From Perna viridis (lineage: Eukaryota), in NCBI GenBank assembly GCA_037379345.1, contig CM074516.1:10664001-10728000 (forward strand): a DNA stretch of 64,000 bases, written 5' to 3'. Position numbers and translations under genes: made by a program. How positions within the stretch are numbered: the stretch's first letter is position 1; the number at the start of each line of letters is the position of its first letter. The notes below the pieces were generated by a model that was not told the origin of the DNA, searched no databases, and saw only the letters and a list, made by a program, of their open reading frames with translations. Positions 1 to 12,471 of this stretch are shown here, piece after piece.

Positions 1-318
1 CACTACACCTCAAAGATCGATATTTTCATTCCTGAGACAATGTGTTGTTTGTAATGATGTAGTCACATAATTACTCTTTTACTGTTCTATTAATCACACC
101 TTGCTTTACCAGTTCAAAGCAGTTAGGCTGGTACCGGGTAAAGTAGATAAGGCTTATCGACCGACCTAAAGTGTGTATAACTGCATGTGCATTGACTAGT
201 ATTTTGCTACAGTTAATTGTATATTTTATTAACATGTTAACTTGGTACATTTATCATAATCTTCTTGAGTGCTGCCGATCATGGATTTGAAGCTCAGTCA
301 GATCACAACAGAAATTTT
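1..318 (-). repeat. Inverted copy of 44855-45169 (3' flank of TLR copy 5)
   Basis: For example gcagttaggctggtaccgggtaaagtagataag at 119-151 is the reverse complement of about 45021-45053; the similarity is continuous over ~315 bp. Confidence 0.9.
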
Positions 319-879
319 TTGCAAATAACTCAAAAACCGTTGCCTTTAGCAAATTTCTGGCAGGGGATATTATCGTTTACGATACGGAACTATGCCGAAA
401 TTTCACAAAAAAACATTCATCGATTTATGTAGGAGTTACTGGTTCCTGAAACAGTTTTTTTTTTATTTTACATGTACTACTTTGAAAATTTTTCTCTCTA
501 AAATCATTTCATGAAAATAAGTATATAAGTTCTTTAGTGTAATTTGCTTCAAATGACTTGTGATTTTTTATCCTTGAATAGATATGGCTATAAATGTAAC
601 ATAGGGGTCGGAAGACAGATTTTTTAAAATAGTAGTATGTATCATTTAGTTGATCAGCTGTAAAACGCAAAATAGTTGTTTGTTTATTGTCATTAATAGA
701 GGGCTAAAATACGCACATCATTTACATGGACATTTTTTATAACGTGAATGTAACATGTATGACAAGACATACTTAAATTAACTGTTTTCATGTTATTTTT
801 AATTTTGAGTTAATGTGTATCCGATGGTTTACAGTACAGTTATTCTCTAAATGATCATGAACTCATAACAAATATTATA

Positions 880-1090
880 TTTCGACTTCTTACAAGTAAG
901 CTTCTGGAAAAGGGTTATGTTGATCCAAGATTAAAATCATCACTACAGATGTTTTATGGTTGTCATCATAAACTCGTGGATCGCTACGGTGTTTCAATCT
1001 GCAGAATAAAAACTAATTTGTTCAACGTGTCATAGTTTTCCTTTCCTCTTTCGTCTACTCCGGACTTGACTTTTATGAGCAACTCGGCGA
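880..1090 (+). mobile_element. Penelope-like RT C-terminal fragment with start of the 3' UTR
   Basis: KLLEKGYVDPRLKSSLQMFYGCHHKLVDRYGVSI; reverse-complement match to 23045-23250. Confidence 0.75.
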
Positions 1091-3269
1091 ATGTATCTAA
1101 TTCTGAAAAGCATTAATTGTGAACCTCTTCGTGCTAATTATGTATTCATTGTTAGTAGACTTTACCTACTACAACAAATAGAAAGTTGTTTGCACAGTCC
1201 TCAAACTTTAGAATATTTTATATAAATTGTGTTTTATCCCCCTCCTGTTCAATGTCGGCGTTTACGTTTAGTTCGTATATATTTTTGTTTGGCTTGTAAT
1301 TTGTAATTATGTTTGTTGTTCCTTTTGTTTCACCCTTTGATATGACTACTTTTCCTGATGTCAATGTTATTTCACTGAATCAATATTTTGAATATTTGTG
1401 TCTTATTTCCCTTTGTAAATATGCTACTATATTCAACACTAATAGAACATTTTCAGTATTACGAACCCAATTTTGACAATATGTGTAGTGTAAACGTTTC
1501 AAAGTTTCTGTCCATTTGACTTTCCATACATGCAGGACATGAAGTAATGTTATAGATTCTAAAAATAATTTGCAAAGTTTAAAAAATAAATGTCCTGGTC
1601 AGATTCAATACAAAATAAGTACTGATAAGCATAATCACAATATTCATACAACTATCATAACAATGAAAAATGATTTACATATACACTTATAATGCAAAAC
1701 TGTCGGAAAAAACACACTTCAAAACGACTGTTGACAACAAACGTCTATGACACATACTTTGAAAAAAAAAACTGAGTTTTATCAGGAATTAACGTAAAGT
1801 TTGAATGTAAACATTGGCAAAAATGGTTGACATATATCACCTGGTTGATATATAGGACGTTCTTTGGGTAGCTCAAAATACACTTATTTACACAATATTT
1901 TGCAATATAAACACTGAGGCATTTATCCATCATTAGAAAATAATAAAAAGTTCAAAACTTACTCCTTGCGGGGTCAACACCTAATTGTTTGATATACATT
2001 TTGACCTGTTAACTTTGTTTTCGGACATACATTTGAACCAATATAATACAAAACCTGAAACGGAGAAACTCGTAAATGTTCCGTAGCAGTACAAATTTTC
2101 GAGGCATTACAAAAACAGAATAAAAACAAAATCAAAATCAGAAATCATTTGAGTGTTTGTCTTCACAGCGTGATGTTGTCTGGTGACTGGGAAATTCTAA
2201 ATGACTTATTGACCAGCCATGTTTACACAGACTAGTATTAATTCAAAGCACTTTGGCATACATTTTTTAACTATCTAATTAACAAGAATTGTACTTGTTG
2301 GAAAGATCCCGTTCTTTAAATCGTCTTCAAAATAGTGTGTGCTCCTTGCACATGTGTGTAAGATAGTACGCACACTGATAAAGATTTGCTCTAACCTATT
2401 TCAATAGTAGCATGTGGCACACCATTTAAACTATTATCTTATTATTTCTATGGAGATGCCATCATCTATATATCATCGATGCTGGTTAATTGAAAGACTA
2501 GGAACAGTAAACTGGTATGAATTAATTGTATATCAAATAAGTGTGACAAATTTAGAAGACAAGTATTACATGTACATATATAATTCATGTGTATAATGTT
2601 CTTGTTCGGCCATTTTTTAAAATGTTTGAATTATATAGCCTCTATTGTCTTAAAGTGCTAGATTATCAGAATTTCAATTTCTTGGCATATTTATTTTTTT
2701 ATTCTTTATTTGATGTTTTTAAGAAAATTGTTTTTTTTAATTTGTTTTCTAAATTTTCACATTTTCTAAAATCGTTTAAAAACGTTTTTTTTTTAAATAA
2801 ATTAAAATGTTTCTCTTACATTTCTACAACTATTTATTGAACATTTCAGAAAACCTTATTAAAACCATATCTGAAAATGTTTTAACCTAATTCAATGGAA
2901 CGTAATGAAAAGATTATCAGGAAATATTGTTTAGTAACATTTTTTTAACTTATCCAAATAATGTTTTAAAAAAAGATTCAAAAACATAACAGTGACATGT
3001 AAATTAAACATTTCAAAAACATTTCAATAAACAATTTTGAAAACCTTTTTCAAATGTTAATGGTACAATGTTTCAAACACGTTGTCATTACATTTTGAAA
3101 AAAAAATAAAAATGTTTTAAAAACGGTTTTAAAATGTTCTGCTGAAAATGTTTAAGCAACCAATAAACTCTGAATAAAATGACTCGAAGAATGTTCGTGC
3201 TACATGGTTAAAGACTAGAACGGGAAAAAAGACATACAAAAAATGGAAAAAAAAATATACGAACAAAAC

Positions 3270-4030
3270 AGCAAAAGTATGTAAATGAGCACGGACTCCA
3301 CTTCAATTGAGATTCAATTTGAGGTTCAGGTGAACAGCTATGGTAAGCGTCCTCTGCTATTTTAGTAACACCCACCAAGTTTCTTATAAAATGTTACGTA
3401 CAGGTAGACAGAAGAGGGAAAAAATAGGAAACGATGACATAAAAACTTCTGTGATGATGATTTTAACCGTGTAGTAACACAATTCAATTCCAGAAGCCTA
3501 ATTGCAAGAAGTCTAGCACGGTACGAAGAGTCCGAGCAATTATTACAGGCTATGGTATAACGTAAGAGTGATATGAAAACTCAATACGCAAAACGATAAA
3601 TCATAGGGTTTGTCATAGAGTTTTATTTTGCCATTGATCTAAAAAGAATAGAACAAAATATTAGTATGACTTCATAAATAGTGTCTGTACTGTCTGTAAT
3701 CTCATATTATTTTGGGTAGATGCGATAATTAAATCTCTAAGACAAGGATTGTTTAAATACATTACGTCATCTATATAGAAGAAACTAAGACCGACTGATC
3801 TGGCTAAAATGTTCTTTCTGTTGAATCAGATCAGCTACAAAGGCAGCTTCATAAGAGTGAAGAAACAGATCAGCGATTGGTGCAGCACAATTTGTTCCTA
3901 TTGGAATGCCGACCGTATTTGGAAAAAACATGTTCACCTCACTGGACAAATATGTTGCTGGATCAACAATTCAAGCATTGTGTCATTGCCTTTGGTATAT
4001 TCGTAAGATGATTTGGAATAAGTATGATTA
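3270..4030 (-). mobile_element. Decayed Penelope-like RT copy
   Basis: VGIPIGTNCAAPIADLFLHSYEA and YIDDV (about 3760-3776) motifs; 3280-3600 matches 22960-23330. Confidence 0.7.
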
Positions 4031-4384
4031 ATCTTTTCTGATTACTACGTAATTTTGTATCTTATTGTACTGTTAAATTTTGGAGTAACAACCTTTAATT
4101 TTTTAGTCAGGATTGAAACTGAGTGAGGAAACCGAAGTATGAAGGGTTGAATATCATAGGTTTTGATTTCATTACATTCTGATAAAAAATCTTGCATTGG
4201 GGGTTTCCCGAAGATCTTTCGAACCACATGATCTCTTGACAGACGAATGTGATACTAATAGTCATTCATTACATGTATAAATGCATGGTGAATTAAGACT
4301 GTTCCATTTTTAAAAACAACACGATTAGTTGTCCTGAAGAATGTTCCTTCAACCAATATTCTAGTTACACGTACCTTACAAATA

Positions 4385-4767
4385 TACAGTCCCTGAACCG
4401 ATCCACGCAACGATTTGATGGAACGATGACCGTTAACTGATTGATCGCTGACGGATCCATGACCGATGACCGGTGACCGATCTGATCGCAGTTTTGTTAT
4501 GTAAAATGACGTAATATCTGTTCAAAATAAAAGAAATGTAAAATAAATATATAAATTGATGCTTAAATATATTATATTACGTAAATATGTGAGAAAACAA
4601 CAAAAACAAAAAAAAGAAAAAAAGTATAATACATTGACCGCTCTGTGGTCAATTGATGCGGCAGTAGTTTGATGGGCCGGTTTGACGGATCGATGACTGA
4701 CAGGAAACTGATCGGTGATCGATGACCGATCGCAATTTTTGATGCACGGATCAGTTCAGTTACTTTA
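4385..4767. mobile_element. MITE-like element with internal GATC/GACC-rich short repeats
   Basis: Imperfect TIR tacagtccctgaaccgatcc / ggatcagttcagttacttta; gatgaccgatc motifs near both ends. Confidence 0.5.
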
Positions 4768-5845
4768 TTTCTTACGACGAGAAACCTGTTTGGATTAATT
4801 TGTAAAAGATAAGGACCTGAAGCAGTAAAATATATTTAGCAAATAGTCGGAAATATTTTTCTTTATTCCATGGAACGAGTGGTGGGTACTGTTTAACTAC
4901 TGTCTTAAGAGTCTTTCTTAGTAATGAAACAAATCCTATCCATGTGTTTTATTAGCAATGTATTATATATCTATATGATATAGCTCATAAATGAATAGAT
5001 GCTTGTTAATATAATAATATCCGAGTGTTATCATTAAAAAACATTTTTTGTTGATTAAAATTCAAACTAAGCTTACATCAGATAATACTCTGAAATAAAA
5101 AATACAGAATGAATTTGTATGTCTTAACATTTTAAAATTAAGTTTAAATCGTAAACGCTGACTTAACTAGATCAGACGGATAATTTACATTTCATGTTAC
5201 ATAACATTTAATGTGGAAAAAAATTGTGGAACATTGTAGTAAGAGATATTGTACATGTGAAGTAATATTATTGGAGTACAGAGGTTTATGAAAAACAATG
5301 GAAGCATACACCTTTAAAACAAAAATCAATGATCTCAAGTTCATATTCATATCCTTTATGATGCAGAATGATTATAACTAAAATATATAACTGCATATTT
5401 GAACGTACCAAATTTTCAAGACAATAACATAAATCATATAGCATATCTGTTGTTCGTTGTTCGTTTTTCTTTTCCTTTTCTGTCTACCTGCTTTACTTTT
5501 GTTGAAATAAAATGACTATTCTGCATAATTGTGTTCTTTCAAAACAGTCCTTTTAAAATTACAATTCAAGTTTACTTTGTTATCCAGTAAAACGAAGAAA
5601 TAGTTTTGATTATTGTATAGAAACATTGTAAAATTATCGTTTTTCCAATACAAGAAAACAAAATAAAAAACAAAGTAGGAAAGAAGGAAAACAAACAAAC
5701 AAACAGTAAAATAATATACATGTATAATAACATAGAAGAAAACAAAACAAAAGACAAACCATAAAACATATATGGAACTGATAACAGACACAATTTATCT
5801 TAAGAAAATGAGAATAGCATTTTGATATGGGTGAACAGTAATACA

Positions 5846-8477
5846 CTAAGCTAAGGAATCACACAAGGAAGACCAAAATGGGGCTTGATTTTATGGTTCT
5901 GGTGGAAACTCTATATAAACCTCCTCTTGAATTATTTTCCATAGGTAATCTGGCAGTTCATTCTGTGAAATTCTTTCCTTAAACACTATTATCATCATAT
6001 TAGTCCCTTGTCTTGATTCAACGTATTCGGTTAATGTTATCCGAACCACAAAAAGGCACCAAGATGAACAAAGAAAAACTCTTGATAAAATAATGATGAC
6101 TTTACGGCTCTGGTGAATAGCATTGATAATGTTGAATCAGCTATATCACATCCCGGAATAAAATCCAGATGATGAATACATACATTGAATCCATAGTGAT
6201 TTTCTAAGTATTCAATAACATCTCTCGTAATTTGTCGATCTTCGTCTGCGTAAGATAGGAATGCATCGAAGCAGTAGGAATCAGAATTGACTTGGCGTTG
6301 GTAGCCACTTCCGTAATGTCGCTTTGCGATGTAATACCAGTACCTCAATCGCCAACGTTTTTTGTACAGAACACTCGCAACTGTTAGAGTTATACATGCT
6401 ACAATACAGCACGACAATACGACAATTAAGGTTGTGTACGAGGCGCAGTCTTTTTGTAGCATATCGACTTCGTCTTTTGAGTATCCATATTGTCTGTTTT
6501 TACATTTGAAAGTGTAAAATCTTTAAATGACCTCTGATTGTTAGCCATCCATTTCACGAAATGATTCACAAGTACACTGAAACAAGTTATTCGACAAATC
6601 TATCGTGATATTCTTTGAATCGATGTCAGATAATAATTGAATCCCTTTATGTGAAAAGTAAACAATTTGATTATCAGATAAGTCAATATATTTGAGGTTT
6701 TTCAAACGACTAGGAGAGACAGTCCAATCAGACATCTTATTTTTGTTAAGATAAAAAGAAAGTAATTGTTCAAGATGGACAAATATATCTGAATATAGGG
6801 CTGTAATGCTGTTGGACGAAAGAACAATTTTTTTTGTAACTTTGACTGAGCAGCAAACAAAGAAGCATATTTTGTTTGACTAAATGCATGTCCAATGAGA
6901 TTGTAACTTAAGTCTAACTTTTTCAACGATACCATGTCACTAAATGCATGTGTCGATAACTTAGAACAATGGTTGTTGGAGAGGTCTAAATGAGTGAGTT
7001 TAGAGACGTTGCAAATAGGTCCCGTGATAGTGAAACATTGATTGTTACTTAGAATTAATGTTTTCAGAAAAAATAGTCCATCCAAATGTGTACCCTAAGT
7101 GTGTATTATTTAATAAAACTTTTTCTAAATTCGCTGGAATTAAAATAATTTGTGACGAAACATTGGTAGCCTGATCACTAGGAAATGCGCATGTCAATAG
7201 TTCACCGAGTGATTACTGCTTTAAGTAAATCTGTATGTTTATCATCTTTGAATGTGATGCATACGTGTTTCCATGCAATCTGGAATTCATGAATCAAGCT
7301 CTGTTGTTTGATCATTAGTAGCAACATATCTTCCCCGTTGAAATTCACAATAAACATTCTTGTTAAATGTTTCACAAAATAGATTTCCTGAATTATCAAC
7401 AGATCCTTCTCTTTAATTAATATTGCTTAAATCTATAACTTTAAGATTTGGTAACCCTAGTATATTACAATATGCATATCGATTCTTTACAAAGTGGTTG
7501 TTAAATATGCTAAGCTTCTCGGAAGGTAGTGTGCTATTCCGGTTTGCGCTGATGCAAAGTTATTCCCATCCAAATGTAGTTCTTTCAACGATGTATTATA
7601 TAAAAATCATATTTGTTGACATTCCTACTTCACACTGCTAATAATTTGCTTTAAGTGTCACAATTTTAGTTGAGTTTAGATCATTTGTAACGTTTTGCAA
7701 ACCACAAAGTCCAAGCTGACGGTTAAAGGAAAGATTGAGAAAAGTTACCTTATTTAGAACAGAAATAACGCGACTTTCAATATACCATAAAGAATTTCTT
7801 TAACCCACTTATATATTGTTGAAAGATCAAGTCGTTCGAGTTGTTGCGTGTGACAGAAATAGTGTTTTTTTTGATCCTCAGGATTCTGTTCATGTTACAC
7901 CTACCTTGAAGTTTAAGTGAAGTGAAGTTTTTCATTGCATAAAACATAGGACCGAACATAATTCCACGTGCAGCATCTATTGACAAATGTTTAAGCTGTT
8001 TTAACTCGCCAAGGACATCATCAAGAGTAAACGTGTCGGCAGTCATAACGTTAAATGATATATCAAGGGTTTGTAAGGATATCAAACCATCAAACAATTT
8101 ACCTCTGTAATGGTTCCGATCAAGAGGAATATAATTAAAAGACAGGTTAAGTGTCTTCAAATTAAGAAGGAAAGACGACTTGCATTTGAATGAATATTTT
8201 CTATTCTATTTCTAGATACATCGAGTGCTTTTAGATATTTTGGTATTAGAAAGTCGTTTTCAGACGGTAAGTTTGTTAGTTTATTATCATTTAAATTGAC
8301 AGAGTACACTTTTACAAAATATTTCGGACTTTTTGAAAGGCCTAGACTCGAACAGTCTACATTCCACCCATTTTTGTACTTGTAACAAGAACATCTTGTT
8401 TCTGATGTACATTGGCTGCATGAAAACAAAATGAACTGACCCCACACTAGGACTGTTCGTATCAATTGTTTCTTTAT
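5846..8477 (-). pseudogene. Toll-like receptor copy 1 (LRR-TM-TIR), full-length pseudogene
   Basis: ORF pieces 8157-8495 (signal peptide, LRRNT CSCYK..VDCS), 7777-8160, 6702-7085, 6541-6735 (LRRCT NLFQCTC) and 6037-6462 (TM, TIR FDAFLSYA..HHLDFIPG). Terminal ..SLCDSLA* stop at 5846-5848. Several frameshifts, a premature TAA at 5891-5893, and ATA at the position where paralogs have the start ATG (8477). Confidence 0.9.
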
Positions 8478-9017
8478 GGCTGATACCTGGAACAAATGTG
8501 AAAAGCATGGCGTGTAATAGACAAAACATTATTTTGGATGTTTTACGATTGTTTAACGAAGGAAGGTCTCACTAAGCAATTCCGGGTCAAATGACCACCC
8601 CCCTATGTAGTACCAAAAAGATACTGAACCTAGACATATGCATTGTAAGTGCATTATTTGTGTGTATTACGATTAAAAGTAGTCAAAATAAAGCTGAGAA
8701 TGTGTACTTTAAAATCATATATGTAATTAACTACAAATGTGTATGAATAATGTTTACATATGTGAGTAATTTGCCTCCATGCTCTTAGTTAGCAGAACAG
8801 GTAAAAATGTGGATTTTCAGTATTATTTATTCAAGTAAATTTTGTTAAGAATTTCTACTATCATCGTACTATTAGCATAATGATTTTCCAAGCTTCGGTA
8901 TGCAGCTTTAAGATGTCATTTTTCCTGGGAATTCACAGGACTTACTTTTTTAACATGTAAAGTAATGGAAACGTTAGAAGTGGATAGTGAGACCGAACGT
9001 AAAAATGAGTAAACAAT

Positions 9018-9270
9018 AAAGGATTAAATACTGTTTTTTCCAGACTGTATCGATGTGTGAAATCGGATCATTCACAGTGTGAGTGAATAGTCCGATTTTA
9101 CACGTCAATAATTTCAGCAATAAACCTTAGAAGTTCAATATGAAATATATTAATTCTTATTTTGTCCATGTAGGCTCTCATTTAGCGAAATTGACACCCG
9201 AAATTGATATTGGAAAGGGTGGCATTTAACCGACAATATGACATGGTTGACATTCGAATATTCATAGTAT
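9018..9270 (+). repeat. Dispersed repeat, second copy at 63771-64000
   Basis: aggattaaa..ttttttccaga, gaaattg.caccc and atggttg segments are collinear in both copies. Confidence 0.65.
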
Positions 9271-12200
9271 TTACGGGCCACTGATAACTGTATTCTTGCA
9301 ATAATTGTTGTTTTGAATTAACAATGCCGAAAATGAATGTAATAAAGCAGGTTTTCAGCCTCTAAAAGATTATATCTTTTGTCGAAGCGATGGTAGATTG
9401 TTGTTTATTATATGTACATGGAATTTACTTTGTGCTAAATCTCTTCGTTGAGGTTGTAAAAGGTGAGCAACCAATCATTATGTTTGAAAAAGGCGGCCAT
9501 ACATTATTCGATCGGAATTATTTTATTTAAAAAAAAACATTTTCTTTGATGAATCAGTCATTGTCTGTTTGATAGACCATTGTAAAACTAAAAGAAATAC
9601 ACAGCAATCCCTTATTTTACTTATCCACACGATATACTGAATGAATGATTTGGTTAAGTTTAAATTTCTTATTGGTTTTAAAGTTTCAAAAAATGAAAGT
9701 TATTGTATCCACTTCACGCGTTAAGACATCTCAAAGGCCTGAATGTACATAGAACATTTGAAATACATTCACTAAAGGCTTTAAAGGAACATTTTGCAAA
9801 CACAAAAACAATTATAATAATACCTTAGTCCCGTTTTTTATTGTTTTGTAATATGATAGGTATTGCATCATTCAGGTAGAAAGACAAACATCCACAATTC
9901 AGATGAAAAGTTTTGATATGTTGTTAATTATGACATCTTTCTATGTTATCATTCATGATGACACCTTAAAGAAAACTCAATATGCATTTTGAAAAGTTAA
10001 TGCTAAGAATAGCGCTACAATAAAAATGTACTTACTTAAACCATGATTCAAACAAACCATTCTCTAAACACTTCTTAATCTCATATTATTTGTAATGTGT
10101 AATGCCTTCTAACTGTCACATGTATACTCTATGATAAATTTGACTAAGTTCAACGTCCTTGTTTGAAGAATATTAAGCAAAACGTATTTGAGACTTTACA
10201 TGTAGTTACCTTTAATTTAATGATAAATCCCTTGGTTGAAAATTCGCGTTTGCTTATTATATAAGAAGCTATTCTTCGTTGTTAAGTACATACATATACT
10301 TACACTCTTATCATTAAAACACTTACAATTCAAATATTTAAATCATTCAATAATAAAATACAAAAATATATGATCAGTTCAAAATCCATCGCACTTATAA
10401 AGATTACCAAACATGGTATTATAAACTAATGAATTATAATTGATTATTCCACCATTATAATTTGTCAGAAATGGGGACGAGGTGATAAAGTACTAATTGA
10501 ATAGGAAGAAGAGTCATATTTGAGTACATAAACAATATGTGTTGTTTTATACGACACTCAAAACTTGCCCTGTTTTCAGAACCCCAATTGCCTGAATGAA
10601 AACTCTGAATCGAAAGAAAACTTCAAACGCATTGTATCTTTTATTTTTCATTTATATTTCAGATTAAAGGACTAATATTGGACTTTTTTTTTATAGATAG
10701 TAGAATTGTAATACAAATTGATTACTTTAAGGAAAAAATAGAAAACTTTAGCTGCTTTTCTTTACGTTTGAAATAGTTTTGGTATTTTTGACATTCAAAA
10801 TGTTACAGAGAGATGAGGAACGCTTTTGATTGTCCGTATTACAAAACAAGTATATTTCAAGTACCAACATAAACTTCAGGCATTACAAAATGTAAAAAAT
10901 GATCATTAAAACCTTCTAAATAAACTTTTTTTCTCTTTAAGGTCTACTTACGCCAAAACTAACGTTACGTAAGTATCGTACTTTCAGTATCTTTGTCTGT
11001 ATTTGTTTTACTTAAGCATTCATTTCACTCAAAATTCAACCCAATCAAGACCTTCCAGAGTGCATGTATTTCAAAATTTGCGTTCTACAGATCGCAATTT
11101 TTCTTCGTTTTTTTTTATCTAATGAAAAAGTGCATGTATTGCGACCAAAATGCCACATTATTTGAAAAAAGAGTATGTTTTAGCAAACTTGATGACATTT
11201 TGAAATCTTTTTTTTAGTAATGTACCTATTTTTGGATAAGAAATAAAAGTCAAATTTGTGGGTTTATGACATGTATGAATTATTTGCTGTCTATTCTTTT
11301 ACAAGAAACTTTGTATATGAACCTGTATATCAAAATAAACAGTCTTATTCAATTATTCTCATTATTGTTAGTGTTGTGTTGGCAAGATTAGAATGAAACT
11401 AGCTGTCATGTTTTGGCCATATGACGAACGAAAAATACCAAGATTTCTAGTCGTTCGGTAGGTTGCGTTACTAGCAGTTTTTTGTCTTCGTCGGGCCGAT
11501 TTGTAGTATAGTGCTTATGATACACAGTGAAACCTGTCAAGACCAAACCCCGAATAAACAGAACCCCTGGCTAAATCAGACACTTTCTAAAGACTCTTTT
11601 ATGCCAATTTAAATCAATTTTGAACCAGAGGAATTAAAACTCTAAAATAAATAAAAAAATTCTACGTTTCAAAAGGGGTTCGGTAAGGAAGGGTAACATT
11701 ATATTATAAGCTTAATTGAATCTTAAAATTGATAATACGTTATAGCCAAACTTAATTTGTGTAAACATACAGTTTCAAAACATATTGATTATAGAAGGAA
11801 GCATGTTAAGCTTAAGATAACGCATCACCGAGTACAAAGATCTTTGCACACAATTACATAATAAAATGATTGTGAGATGTATGCATTAATGAAAAAGTGT
11901 TACATAAAAGGTTGAATAATTAACTCCGTTGTAAATTTGAATCGTGGCTTTTATGTACGATATACAAAATTCGGTTTTATATTATGCCGAAGAAGTATAA
12001 TGTTATAACATCTAAAATATAAAGCAGAATACCCAACATACTCTGTAAGTCTATGAAAGTAATATATCTATGGGATTACAGTAGAACATCTGTAAATATG
12101 TTTTCGCCTCAATCCGAGTTGTGTACAGTAAAAAAAAGTATCATCTAAGATTTGTAACCACAACTGGATAATCATTATCATAAAATACAGATAATGACAG

Positions 12201-12471
12201 TAATCATCTTATTGTGATAATTCTATTCCTGAAAAATACCCATCTAAAACCAATGGATTCATATAGGTTTTTCTTATTGACTAAAAACTGTAGCCTCATC
12301 AAGTCACGTGGAATGAAGTATTTTATGAATCAGACAAGATCAATTAACTTTCAATATCGACTTAAACTCAAACCGTGCAGTACCAAAACACAGTTATTGA
12401 ATATAGACTATATTAACTATATCACGATGAAAAATATTGTCGTAGAAATAGTAATATATCAATATTGTTGT

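Noticed and set aside
2590-3210. AT-rich region with many aaaatgtttt/aaacattt motifs and ORF 2589-2840
   Set aside because: Probably a decayed foldback repeat; termini cannot be defined and the ORF is low-complexity.
5516-5846. Hydrophobic F/L/C-rich ORFs (also 15671-15919, 26378-26605, 34655-34894)
   Set aside because: Translations of low-complexity A-rich or microsatellite DNA.
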